A DNA stretch of 64,000 bases. It comes from Takakia lepidozioides. Its lineage: Eukaryota > Plantae > Bryophyta. Below the pieces are notes generated by a model that saw only the letters and a program-made list of their open reading frames with translations, did not search any database and was not told where the DNA came from. Below, in pieces: positions 24,630 to 38,087 of this stretch. The stretch's first letter is position 1. Each line of letters opens with the position of its first letter. Where the stretch lies: positions 14,632,001 through 14,696,000 of the forward strand of contig CM060732.1 of assembly GCA_030704615.1 (NCBI GenBank), given 5' to 3'. The translations under genes and the position numbers were made by a program.

Positions 24630-26710
24630 CATTGCGGTCACTTTTATTTTTTGTTTTTTAAAATGAAGTGACCGCCAGTATTGACGGTCGTTTTTTTTTA
24701 AAAAAAAATTAATGAAGCAACGCCAGTATTGGCGGTTGTTTTTTAATTTTTAATTTATTTTATATGAAGCAACCGCCAATATTTGCGGTCGCTTTTATTT
24801 TCTTAAATTTTAAAATGAAGGGACCGCCAATATTGGCGGTTGCTTCAATTTCCCATTTTTTAAAATTCAAGCGACCGCTAGTATCGGCCGTCTCTTGGTT
24901 TTTTTTTCATATTTTAAAATACAAGCGACCGCCAATATCAGCCGTCACTTGAATTTTTGCATTTTTTTAAATACGAATGACCGTCGATATTGACGGTCGC
25001 TTTTGTTTTTTTATTTTTTTAAATGAAGCGACCGTCAGTATGGGCGGTCGCTTTTATTTTCGTTCTTTTTAAATGAAGCGACTGCCAATATTTGCTGTCG
25101 CTTTTATTTTTATATTTTTTTAAATGAAACGACCGGCAATACTGTCGGTCGCGTATTGGCGGTCGCTTTCATTTATCTATTTTTTAAATAAAATGACCGG
25201 CAATATTGCGGTCGCTTCTATTTATTTATTTATTAAAATAAAGCGACCGCCAGTATTGGCATAGGAAGAAACTTGCGGTAGTTGGGATACATCATCTTGC
25301 GAAGATTGCGGGAGCTATGTGTATCAAGTTCATCGCCACAATGTAGGCATGCGTGATACCCTTTGGTGCTCAGCCCCGAACAAACAGATAGTCTTGTAGA
25401 CATCCCGCAACATTAGCGAAGAGGAAAAGTTGCCATATGCATGGCCCATTATTTTTTAATTCTTTAAAATGAAGCGACCGCCAATATTGGCGTCACTTTT
25501 ATTGGTTCCTCCCTAAAGATGAGACTACCCATCAGTGTCAAAAAAATTATCAACTCCATGTTACACCTTCCCCAGATAACACTTGCCCTAAATGAACCTC
25601 TCCTCAGATTACACCCGGGTCCTGCACTCCCTTGGTAAACATTTATGAAATTGCATATTCCGTTAGGTCTTCTTTTCTTCACAATTTTAGTAGATTTTTT
25701 TTTTTAAATGTGTAATTTCCGTGTTTTGTTTTTTATTTTTCAAAAATCGCTGGCGGGACCACATATGAATTCTATCAAGTGCCCACGTGGCGAGAATAAC
25801 GAGGTGGCAAGGCTAGAAAAGTGGCTATATTCCACTGCACAATGGAGGTACTATTGCCATCAATGCAATTATCTGGTTGATGGCATCGGCCTTGTGGCCT
25901 TCGATATATGGTCTGGCGCAACTGGTGGTTAGTATCCCTTTGTGTTTCTTGTCTCCTCATAATACGCAAGATAGGATTGCAGAGAGACTCCTTAGCATGG
26001 CATAGCTGCAGGGCCATAAAATTGTGAGGCCTGAAAATGTGCCAGATAAATGTTCCTCCTGTCTCACATACTAAACCATACACATATGCAACATAAGAAG
26101 CAGCATTGTGGGTTCTGTGACAATAAAATCAAGTCTGTTTTGTTCTGCATTGCACAAGCACGTTACACACCATACTAGGAAATGGAAGCTGAAAGCTTAG
26201 TACTACTATTTATGGATCTCAACTAGACCATGTTTGGACAAATGCACGTCATCAACACTACATATCTGGCAATACAGAAGCGTATTGGATGGACCATAGA
26301 CCTGTATTTATTGCTTTTAAATTACCTAATTACATTCCTTGCTACCAACATATATCATCATCATAATACTCTAATAGGTAGTCACCATAAGGAGGAGCCA
26401 TTACGCGACGAGCAGCTTGTTTCTATTCTTTATTTTTATTTTTATTTTTTTACAGAACAGGGGGACTCTTTTTAAATAACACGACCGCCAATATTTGCGG
26501 TTGTTGTTTTTTTAATTTTTAAAAATGAAGCGACCACAAGTATTGGTGGTCGTTTTTAATTTTTAATTTGTGAAAATGAAGCGATCGCCAATATTGGCGT
26601 TAGCTTTTATATATATATATATATATATGAAACGATTGCCGGTATTGGCGGTCACGCGGTATTAAAAGAATTAAAAAATCAAAGCGACCGCCAATATTAG
26701 GCGGTCGACC
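24630..26710. repeat. Arrays of AAGCGACCGCCAATATTGGCGGTCGCTT-type palindromes with AT-rich spacers (CACTA-associated)
   Basis: Clusters at about 24630-25260, 25470-25500 and 26480-26710, spaced roughly 50-60 bp. Confidence 0.85.
25263..25382 (-). pseudogene. CACTA/En-Spm TnpD (Tnp2-type) transposase fragment
   Basis: Translates CSGLSTKGYHACLHCGDELDTHSSRNLRKMMYPNYRKFLP, matching the TnpD pattern SGxSTKGxxACxxC...KxxYxxHRxFLP. It is below the ORF-track size cutoff. Confidence 0.75.
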
Positions 26711-27248
26711 ACACTCCAAACCAAGAACCTCCTGAGGAGAGCGGGAGGGCGGAGCTTCGCTCTCCCGCCACCAACCTTAGCTAAATCCCGTAGTCATGAC
26801 TAATATTTAGGGGTTTGCCATCTTCTCGGTTTTGTAGTCTCACTTTTCTTGTTTTTTAGCAATGCCGCTACTCTAACCCTTACTTTCTTTCTAGCTAAGG
26901 TAGCCGCCATGACGCGAGCTCCAGCTCGTCGCGTTGCGGTGCAGCTGCCTTGCTGCTCTTCTCCCTTCGACCTGCTCAGCAAGATCATCCTCCTTTCAAG
27001 GCTCTGTTTAATCTATCTTTCCATAGTTTTCTCCAGTTGTTTCTTTATTCTCTTGTTTCCAATGGCTATTCACAACCGGCTGTCCATCCGCCTGCATGCT
27101 CAAGCCGCTCCCCTGGAGTTCTCACAGGCCATCGTCTTAGCTTGGCAACGCATGACGGAACCTCCCGCCCTGTTGCGGCGAGATCAAATGATTCCACTGT
27201 GCAGCATTCTAATGTTATTGATGCTCAGGCCCCTCTCGTGGGGCTGCC

Positions 27249-30200
27249 TGTCGCGCACCTCACTTGGGTAAACTCCCCTTCAAGTCATAGTTACTCGCTT
27301 TGATGCGCGCGCCTGACTCCCAACCTGGCCGCCCGGGCCAACTTGGAGCTTCGGCTGCTCACCGGGACATAACGGTCCCCCTTCGCTTCCCACTAAACCC
27401 TCCACCTATTTGGGACTAGGAGAATTCCCTTTGGTAGATGGCAGTCCGGAACAGCTCCCCACTCTTTGGTCGCTTTCCGGCTCGCTCGCTTACTCACTAG
27501 TTTTTGGTCACCAACGGGCTTGCACCGTTCTCGGGGTCACTACTCCCCTTATATATACTTCTGTAGCTGTCCACGGGGGTTTCACAACTAGCCATGCCAT
27601 TTTATGGCGAACCATTGCATGTCACACACTGCAATTGTCATGACTCGCTAGTAGAAAGGATCGTAAACATGACACGCCATTGTAGTCCAGTCTTTCACTC
27701 GTTTGACGTGATCAAACATAAGGAAACAGTTCTGAAGATCGCCACCCTTCTGCATGCGCTTCACAAGACTGACTCCGCTACCCTCCCCGGCTGTGGACAT
27801 TTTAAAAACGTACACTTTGTTTGACCCTTGACCTGGGAACACACTCTCTTGAATGTAGTCATACCTGCTCCGTCGCTTCAACTCGAAAATGTTATCAACA
27901 TACCCTCTGTTAGCAGGGCCCATCCTCAATGCATTCACTTGGTTTTTAATGTTCGGCGAGCTCAAGGTAGAGAAGTGATCCATAACATTGTCCAAGGCTG
28001 ACCCGTTGAGTTTCCTACCCACAGAATCTCCTTCACTAAGAATATGGGTTTCCAGGAAAGTCTTGCTTGCTCCAAGAACAATTGTGGAGGTGGTGGCTGT
28101 TGGATTGCCGCGACACCACCACAGGGGCAGCCCCTCGTGTGTCCCGACCCCCTGCCCTCAAGGCAAAGGGCCGCGACACACACCCCTACCAACAGGGAGT
28201 CGATGTCCTCATCGACTTGTCCATTTTGTAGAAATGAACATCCAAGTTGTGGCGTCCCACATCAAGGAGTTTGTTTCCGTACCATGGCGTCCCATGGCAA
28301 AGAACCAAACCCCACACTTGACTCTACTCTCCACTAGCTAGTTCGGCCGACTTCCTCCAAGTCTCGGCCAAGGGTGGAGCCTCTCCAGCTCCTCCCAGTG
28401 CACTCTTCTTGGCCTACTTCAAGGCCAAGGAACGATCCTCCCCGAGGATCGAATCGCCTTACTGCAACAACATTGCTTCCAACCGCTCATGATGCCGCTT
28501 TTGGCATCACCTTGAGCAAGGGTTCCCTGGAACCCTCTTTGACTAGGAAGATAACCTTGAACCAACCGTGCGCCCCAATCACTACAATTGGGTCCGCCTT
28601 GGAATGCTGGCATGAGGTACGGGAACACGCCGAAGCCGCACTACGACTTCGTCCCGAGGCTACACGATTATAGTACGTGAACGGAAGCACGTAGCTTCCG
28701 CGTTAGCCCGCACTACAAGGCAACCCCCTCGGTAGCGCAGTTATAGTACGCGCACGTGCCAGGTGCGCACTAGCACGTGAACTCCCAAAGAAGTCGCAAG
28801 TTTCCTTGCCCCTTGGATGGGGGTCACCCGATTTCGGCACTACGCAAACACACGATTAACCCAATTTACCTCTCCCACTTTTATAAGCTAGCATGCATTC
28901 TACACACTAGCCAACCATACCATGCATCATCATTCCAAACAAAATAGGACGCACAACATTTGGAACCCATTTCCTTTATAACAAATTTTTGTACAATACA
29001 AGTTTTTGTAATCGGATTCATAAGCTAGCTAAGCCGGGCTAAGCATGCATTTCCTCCCCCACGCTCCAAGGTTGATGTCCCCACCAAAGCGTCTTCCGCT
29101 TTTGAGGTCGCCCTTCGAAAGCTGCAACCGCCTCGGATGCGTTTCCCATTTCTGAGGCACGCACCCAAGATGCCTCCACATGATGATAGCCCTTCCATTT
29201 GACGAGATACTCCGTTTCTCGGTTCCTGAACCTCCTCCACTTAAGTATTGCCTCCACCTCGTACTCAGGTTCATTTTCATGATCCAACAGCATAGGTGGC
29301 GGACGCAACACTTGATGCCGATTCGGACGCGCTTCATCTTTGAAGTAAGGCTTCAAAAGGGAGACATGGAATACTGGGTGCACCTTGCTGTTTGCCGGCA
29401 GCTCCAATTCATACACATCCTCATTCATAACCTTCCGAATGCGAAAGGGTCCCGCATACGGAGGTACGAACTTCGGACTCACTTCCGGAGGTAGTCGGAA
29501 ATTCTTGATGTTCAACCAGACCTCTGTGCCTGCCTCAAACTTCACTTCCCTCCGCTTCCGATTCGCCTGCCTTTCATACCGTTTCCTAGCTTTGGCAATG
29601 TTGTACTTTGCGAGCTGCTCGCGTTCTTCCAGTACCGCCGCTACTGCCGGTTCCTCAACGTCCTGGGCGGCCCAACTTGTCGGCACCAGAGGTGCTTTTC
29701 CATAGACCAATACGAAAGGGGAAACTCCCGTTGCGGAGTGTTCTGTGTTATTATAACAGAACTCTGCCGCGTCTAAGTATTCCACCCAGTCTGTTTGGTC
29801 TGCCGACACGTAATTCCGCAAGATCTGCTTCACTACAGAATTCACCCTTTCTGTTTGGCCGTCGGTCGTAGGTCGGAAGGCGGTGCTCATCTTCAGCCTC
29901 GTCCCCATCTTCTTCCAAAGTGCCCTCCAAAATTTACTCGTAAACTTTGGATCGCGGTCCGAGACAATATCCTTCGGGACTCCATGATGTTTTAAGACGT
30001 GGGCGAAGTAAAGTCGCCCTGTCTCTTGCGCCGTTGCCGTCTCCTTGGTGGGGATGAAATGGCCCATTTTACTGAACCTATCCACCACCACCATAATTGC
30101 ATCGAATCCATTTGACAGCGGCATAGCAGTCATGAAATCCATCGAGACGCTTTCCCAAGTCCCCTCTGGAATTGGCAAGGGTTGTAACAGCCCCGCTTGC

Positions 30201-32334
30201 TTTTTGTACTCGCTCCGGTTTTGTTGGCATGTGGTGCATGTCTTGACATACTCCTCTGCCTCCTCCCTCAGTTTGGGCCAGAAATACTCTTTCTTCAAGA
30301 GTGACGCAGTGCGCTTGGCTCCGCCGTGGCCCGCAAGCGGGCTATCATGGTATTCTCTCAAGAGGCTATCTCTGATCCCTCCCTTCGGCACGTAGAGACG
30401 TTTTTGCTTATACCGAAGCAGTCCATTTTGCAAGTGGAACTGCGATTTACCCCCCATCCTCAAGTCCTGCATCGCGGACTTTGCGAGCTCATCCTTCCGG
30501 CAAGCCTTCCGGATCTTCCTTTGGAGCGTCCTCTCGCCCTTGTACACCAACAAGAGCTGCTGCTTTCTACTTAAAGCATCGGCCACCACGTTGTCTCGTC
30601 CCGGTTTGTACTGGATATCCACGTCGAACACCGCCAAAGTATCTTGCCACCTAAGTTGTTTTGGGGACAACTTGGGCTGCGTGGCAAAATACTTCACCGT
30701 GACATTGTCCGTGAATACCTTCACTGGGTTGGAACCAACATAGTGGCACCAAAGCTCAAGACAATGCACCACCGCCTTCATCTCTTTCTCGTGTGTCAGC
30801 CACCGTCGCTCCACTTCATTCAGTTTCTTACTTTTGTAAGCCACTGGACGTCCATCTTGCATCAGTACACCCCCAATCACGAAGTCCGACGCATCTGTAT
30901 GTATCTCGAACGGACGATCGAACTCCGGGATTTTCAAGACTGAAGCTTCCGCCATCCGCTGCTTCAATTCAGCAAAAGCTTGGCCACAAAAGGTGTTCCA
31001 TGTCCAGACTTTAGATTTACACAGAAGGTCTGACAGCGGCCCCGCAATCTTGGCGAAATTTCTCACATACTTCCGGTAATAGGAGGCGAGTCCTAGGAAG
31101 GATCGCACTCCCGGGACCGAAGTCGGAGGCTCCCAATCCAAGATCGCCCTCACCTTTCTGTCATCCATTTTGATCCCATCCTGTGTAATCACATGCCCCA
31201 GGAACTCCACTTTTGTGACCCCGAATTCGCACTTTGAAGCTTTGGCATACAGCTTCCCTTCTCGCAATTTTTGGAACACCATTTTCAGGTGCTCCAGGTG
31301 CTCCTCCTTTGTTTTGGAGTACACCAAGATGTCGTCGATGTACACGATCACAAAGTCATCCAACCACTCCTGAAAAAGGCTGTTCATCAGCGTGCTAAAT
31401 GTTGCTGGTGCATTGGTGAGCCCAAAAGGCATCACCAAGAACTCATATGAACCATACCTTGTCCTGCACGCGGTCTTCTCCTCATCTCCTTCCGCCACCC
31501 GAATTTGGTGATAGCCAGAGCGCAAGTCGATCCGGCTGAAATACTTCGCTCCTGCCAACCGATCGAAGAGGTCGTCGATCCTTGGCAAAGGGTACCGGTT
31601 TTTGATAGTCACCTTATTCAGAGCCCTGTAATCGACACACATCTGCAGCGTCCCATCCTTCTTGTCTGCAAATAGCACCGGGGCTCCGTAAGGTGACTTA
31701 CTCGGCCGGATGTACCCCTTTGACATTAGATCCTTGAGCTGAGTCTTCAGCTCGACCAACTCTCTGTGGCTCAACCGGTAGGGCGCCTTGGCAGGCGGTT
31801 CCGATCCCGATATCACCTCAATCTTGTGGTCAACTCCTCTTCGCGGTGGCAAGCCGCTTGGTAAATCCTCCGGCATCACATCCTGGTATTTCTCCAAAAT
31901 CCCCTTGATCCAATCTGGGCTCGGCTCCCCATCGCCTTCTCCTTTCACTTCTCTAATGTAAAGCAAAAATTGGGGCTCATGTGCCTCCTCCACGGCGCAC
32001 TCCTTTGCTGACAGAAGGTTTATTCGCCCTCCCACGGATTTGGGCGTTTCCGACACTCGTAAAACCTCGCCACCATTCCCACATGGCAGCATGACTACTC
32101 TCTTGCGGCCATCTATGACCGCTCCGGATTTGCTCAAAAAGGTCATCCCCAAAATGAGATCCACTCCATCGATCTCGAAGATGGTGAAGTTCTCACGTCC
32201 CTCCCAACTCCCTAGTTGAAGAGGAACATCAAACGCCAACCTTGTCGCCAACTGTGGTTCTCCTTTGGCAGAACGCACCTCAATAGAGGCCCCCACGTCA
32301 CTTGTCGGGAGTCCCAACTTTCGCGCCGCCGCCG
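27249..32334 (-). mobile_element. Ty3/gypsy chromovirus copy A (5'-truncated): pol, 3' UTR, 3' LTR
   Basis: ORF 29039-32341: protease C-half (DLILGMTFL), RT (YIDDIL), RNase H (TDASD), integrase (H..GH..C..C; SMDF, SDRD, GQTER), chromodomain (EYEVEAIL...YLVKWKGY...SW). LTR 27249-28178 reads TGTCGCGG...GCGCGACA on the minus strand. Confidence 0.93.
27615..28115 (-). pseudogene. MULE transposase fragment embedded in the LTR of chromovirus copy A
   Basis: DNIFELKRRSRYDYIQESVFPGQG...FKMST...GSGVSLVKRM...MFDHVKRVKDWTTMACHVYDPFY aligns by eye with HSILEVKRRCGYDYIHGSRFPGQG...FKMST...MFDHIKR in the transposase at 12360-12600. Confidence 0.85.
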
Positions 32335-35300
32335 TACCCACACGTCCGGATCGTCAAGGTTAAGGACTTGAGCAGTGTCCCTACGAATGGCTGCAGGCAA
32401 ATCCGGCTCTCGGCCAAAGAGAAGGAAATGTGGTGAGAAAGATGCAAGTGATGCTTGTTTGCTGAACCTGTAGCCCATGGCTAACCAAGGCACCTGAAGA
32501 TCCCAATCTCCTCGGTGTCCTTTCTGCAAGCCATACTTGCGCAAACCCCTCTTCACCGTCTGAACAACTCTCTCTGCCAAGCCATCGGCCTCAGGATGAT
32601 ATCGAGAAGTGTGCGGTGGTCTATCAAGGATTTATCACACAAAGCCTGAAACTCCCCCATGAATTCTCTCCCTTGGTCCGTGAGTATCTCAGCTGGAGCA
32701 CCGAATCGGCTAAGCACACGATCCAAGAATGCATACGCAACCCCCTCACTAGCCTTATCAGGCAATGGAACCAACTCAATCCACTTGGAGAAGTGCTCCA
32801 CCATCACCAACACATATCTGTGGTGGCGCATAGTCAGTGGCAACGGTCCTACGAAGTCAAGACTCCACCTGTAGCCCAATCCCATGATTGGTAAAAGATG
32901 CAACTGTGGTGTAAGGGCGTTGATTGAAGCACGCACCCTGTCACACACCATGCACCTAGCCACGAACTGTTGCACCTCTGTATGCATACCACGCCACCAA
33001 TACTGCCCCTGTAGTAAACTGTGAGTGTGTCGCACTCCAAAATGCCCCAACTTCTCATGGGCATGCCGTACTAACCGTGCACGCTGTGTGGGGTGAGGCA
33101 CAATCCTCACCCGACCATCCTCCCATATTCGGAGCAGGTGTATCCCCTCCCACTGGAACCTCTTGGCTTGTTGCAGGATCCGATCCCTCTCCTTGGCAAT
33201 CACAGTGGCTGTCGTGTCTCCAGTACAGAGGTAGTCCAACACAGCCAAATCCTCATGTATATTTCGGGTACCATCTGGCTCATCACTAGTCTCAGGGTCC
33301 TCAGACACTCCGTCTACAGTCATCCCTGTTGTAGGTCCAACCTGACCTCCCGATGCCGAGATACACAAAAAAAACAGATGCATGCCATCCCGGCACCATC
33401 TCTTCGTCCGTCTCACCATGCCACCGAGCTCCAGTGTCATCCTGCTGGCTCGTATATGGATTGCGACTCAATCCATCTGCATCCCGATTGACCAAACCCA
33501 GTTGATGCACAACCTGAAAGTCATACTCCTGGAATATGAGTGCCCACTTTGCAAGCTTCCCTGTAAGCTTGTCTGACTCCATCAACCACTTGAGTGGCTG
33601 GTGTGCCACGGCCCACACTGCAGCTAAGCACTCTACCTCATATGAGCTGTACTTAGCCTCTGCAGCGTTGTTCAAGGGCTAACATAAGCCACTACAAACT
33701 CTCTTCCCTCATCATCCACTTGTGTGAGCACTGCTCCAAGCCATAGCATGCTCCAATCCGTATGCAGCTGAAAGGGACGCCCCCTGATAGGTCGTCTCAG
33801 GATAGGCGCCGAGGTCAACCTCGCCTTGAGCTCTTGAAAAGCTCATTCCTGCTCATCTTCCCACTGCCACTCCTGGTCCACCTTGGTCAGCTTGGTTAGA
33901 GCCTTTGCAATGGCACTAAATCCCTTGACAAACCGTCTATAATAGTTTGCCAATCTTATGAAAGCTCGAACTTGGCTCACATCCGTGGGGCGTGGAATTT
34001 GTGCAATGGCCTCTACCTTAGTCTGCTGTACCCCCAATCCTCCAGGATATATCATGTGACCCAGATACTCAATCTGGTTGTGGAAAAACTTGCACTTCCC
34101 CGGATGCAACTTCAATCCGTGCGCTCTCAAGCGCTCCATTACCACCTGAAGGTGTCTCTCATGCTCCTCCACCATAACACTAAAGATGATGATGTCATCT
34201 ATGTAGCACCGAGCAAAGTCCACCCCTGCTAGAATCCTATCCATGACTCTTTGAAACTCTGCAGGAGCGTTCTTCAGCCCAAATGGTAAGAACCGCCACT
34301 GATATAGGCAATCCTTGCCGTGCTCATTGATCCCCCAGAATGTCGTCTTCTGCTTGTCCGCCTCCTTGATCGGCAACTGGTGATATCCGGATCGTAAATC
34401 CAAAGTTCTAAAGACCTCAAACGCCTGATGGCATCAAAAATCTCATCTGGTGTTGGCATGGCATACTTATCGGACTTGGTCTAACGATTTACAGGCCGAT
34501 AATCACCGCACATACGTCTCTCCATCCAATTGCCATAGACATCCTTCTTGGCTGGCATCACTGTGGCTGAAGCATACTCTCCACCAGAGAGCTCCACCAA
34601 ACCTGCCTCCCAGAGATTTTGAGTCCTCATCTGAATCAAAGACCTCTCCATGTCACTGTATCTATAGGGTCTCCGAAAGATTGGTGTGTCAGTGGCCAAC
34701 TCAATACGAATCTCTTGACCCTTCAGTGCTCCCAAGTCCTTCAAACTGAAGGCAAAGCAATTCTTGTAAGCCCTCAGGAACCGCCGTATACGTCGTCTCT
34801 CTCCTCCGGTGACAATGGGTCCAATGTCAGGCTCCCAATTGTCCTCCGTAACTGCAACCTTAAGTTCAGTGGGCTTAGAGGTAGAGGACGCGTCCAGTGG
34901 TTGATATGTTGCAACCTCTTGAGCAGTACTCCCTACCTGCTTAGTCAATGACAAGGCCTCATCCTGCCCCATCATCTCATCCTTGAGGACTTCCTCAACC
35001 CGAGAAAAATCCCCAACCTCATCCATCACCGCCACCTTGGTTGCCAACTCCCTCTGAACCTCGAGCACCTCCCACGTATGCCATGGATGCCTGCACCCCG
35101 TGGTCCTCTCATGCTTGCCCCCACTCACTGCCTGTACCGTCTTGGTAGGCAGAGAGGTCGTCAAGGGAAGTGCACTCCGCACTCTACGTTGCTCAGCCAT
35201 AGCCAAGCCGATAATCCAGGTCAAGCAATTGAGATCCATTGATTGCCCTAACACCTGACGACGTGATGCCTCAGAAAGAGACGACACCGCCATGGTACTA

Positions 35301-35843
35301 GTCGTAAAACCCATTGCCAGCTCACGCTCGTCAACATTAGGCTCCACTAACTGCTGCAACTGAGCATTCCACAGGAGGCCAGGTCCACTATCCTGGAAAG
35401 CATGCGATCCTGGGAAGCTGAGGAGTGTAGGTAATACTGCTCGTGGTTGACCCACCCTGTTGACCACTGCCAAAGGTGAACGATCATTGTGTCTCACACG
35501 CTGAGACTGCCTCCTTGTATCCAAAATGCTATCCACTGTGAGGTGTGTTGGCCGCTGCACCCCATCAAATGCACGCTTGAGCAGTGCAGGTGACATCAAG
35601 TTAGTCCACCATAGCCATGGACGATGAGCCCGTGACCCCACTGCAGCTGCATCCATCAACACTGCTGATCCAAGCCACGACCGGACTTGATGCACACTGG
35701 CCATCACCCTGGCCCGAGAATCGTCCATCAGTGGCACATTTTCCAAGATGTATGCTGGAGATACAGCTTGATGAAGCTGCAAGTGGCGCAAAACCCGCAC
35801 CATCTCCCAAAATAGACCCGACCTCGAGTCTCGCAATCCATTT

Positions 35844-35845
<2 letters not shown>
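32335..35845 (-). mobile_element. Ty3/gypsy family B pol, 3' part: C5-MTase C-half, RT, RNase H, integrase (degenerate, 3'-truncated)
   Basis: GLRDSRSGLFWEMVR, YILENV, AHRPWLWWTNL, ERELAMGF, LGQSMD are in one frame with RRPYRYS...RMCGDYRPVN (ORF 34481-35836). Then [64 protein letters not shown]. Confidence 0.9.
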
Positions 35846-35909
<64 letters not shown>

Positions 35910-35924
35910 CCTCTCTGTCCCTCT
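35846..35924 (+). repeat. (TC)n microsatellite followed by two short GTCCCTCT(CT) units
   Basis: Pure TC run at 35846-35906, then gtccctctct and gtccctct. Confidence 0.95.
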
Positions 35925-38087
35925 GTCCCTCTCTCTCCCTCTCTCCCTCTCCCTCTATAACTTTTTGGATTTCATTTGGCCCTGATATTTACTATTTGCT
36001 TCTTTCATCTAAACTGGATGAAATACATGAATACTGGTGACCTATTCTAAAAATCCAAGAGGTAGTAATCTGTACCATCATTAATGATGGCAGTTACTAA
36101 ACCTAAGCCTATACCGTAACCCTAAGATACCTTTTTATGGGATATCATCCATTAACAAAGTGCATCTCTTAAAAATGTGATTTTTCATCCACCCTGGATG
36201 AAAAATCGGGAAGATATGCCCTAAACGGGCCGACATATTTCACAGCACTGAACTCGTGCTTCTATGATCCTTGATGATGCGCCGTGTAAACCTGCTCCCT
36301 TGCGGCTACATGGTACTCGTGATGGCTGGCTTTTGGGATGCGCAATGGCAGATAGACAGATTCTTCTCTGGCAGTCGACATTGCAGTGATCGCTCTGCTC
36401 AGAAATTTATGATTCTGTTAAATTCGCAGCGGCGCTCTTACTCCTCGTTGGGAAGTACTCCACCCCTACTTAGCCACAGATTACATGTTGCTCTCTTTCT
36501 GTATGAGCTGATCTCTATCTACTTTGATTGCGTTCTGCTGGAGACATCTACTGGACGCCATGGCGCAGGGCATACCGCAAACGCTCAAGGTTTCTTTTGA
36601 GTGTACCCTTGCTTGGATTACGATTTGTACATGCTTTGGAATTCAACACTGACATGGATAGCAACTGTGAAAACCTGCCACTCACCTGATGCATCCTCAC
36701 TAACACACATCTCTATGTGGTGGTTTTTGGGACGGGCACAGGTGAGGGTCTTCACTTGTCTTGAATTATTGAAGCTTGCAGAGTCTGATTCATGCATAAG
36801 GGATTGCTGCTACCGCCTGAAGCTGCTGATACCAACTGTTGTTTCAAATCTGCCATCTTGCTGCCTCAAATCGGCTTCAAGTCTGCTCTAATGAGGATCA
36901 CCTTCTTACTCCTTATCCCTGTTTTTGGTTCTTGATAACCACTTTTATACATTTTGGAGTTAAGACACACAAGGGACTTCATAGAAAACAAAATCTCTGT
37001 TGAAAGCTCTGGATGTTTTTAACAAAGGTACATGGCTGCGACTATAGCTCTGGCAGCATGGAAACTAAGCTCTGAAATGAAACACCATGGCCTGGCTCTG
37101 ATGGATCAGAAGATAGACATTGTGATAACAAACATTCTTCAAGGCTCTTATATCACCACTATTTCATTGCATGATAGGGGACAATGGTTTCTGAGTTCAT
37201 TTCTTTAACTAGCAGAGCTTGTTATGAGGCCCTGGAATACCACTTCAGGCCCATATCTACTTAAGGGTACTCAGCCCTATGTTTTGTTTTGTTAGAAATC
37301 TGGCTTATGACTTGGCACTGAAGCACCTTCAGACCTGACCCCATCAGTATTTTGGTTTTCAAGAACTGCTTGCTGGTAGATGTTGTGCGCTTCCTACCTT
37401 ATACTATGGCAGAGTTTTGATCTTGAAGTCCTGGAATGATTATCCAGGCTTACATATACTTGATAAAAACTTAGCCCCGCTTCTACTTTATGAATCTTGC
37501 ATGTGTCTTGGCACTGACAGATCAGTTTCACGCCTACACAGGATGTTGTTTTAGGAAGATGAATGGCTCAAGAACTAGATTATGTAAGGCTTGACCCATG
37601 TCAACAACAAAAAATGAATGCTTTATGTCAACTTATAGGGCTTTCAGGATATGAATGACCAGGAATCCCGCCCTCCCACCCTGTTTTTTCAGATACCCTG
37701 AAAAGTTATAAGATGTTCAAATGAGTTGGTAAAAGGGGTTGTTAGATGATGCCCTGTAAAGGGTTGCTTTGTCTTTCAATGACAATGACTTTAGTGGTCT
37801 TGTCCATGTCTTGACATGACATGTATATCTTCTCTCTCTTTATTTGACCAATGTACTTAGTGGTATTTGTACACATCATCTACCCATCTCCTTTTCACCT
37901 TCTCATTATGATGCACTGACAAGTTTTTTCGGGGGGACTTTGACAGAAGGTCACCAAAGGAGACCCTAGATGGAATGAGGACCTCGTAGCTCTGGGGTAT
38001 CAGTCCCCTCTACCTCCTCCAATTCCTGCTGTACAAGCAACCCTCGCACAAGTCACACCAAGTGACTTCCATGCTACATTACAAAAG

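Noticed and set aside
36271-36891. ORFs inside the PLE repeat (duplicated at 42413-43033)
   Set aside because: Non-ATG starts and no recognisable motifs.
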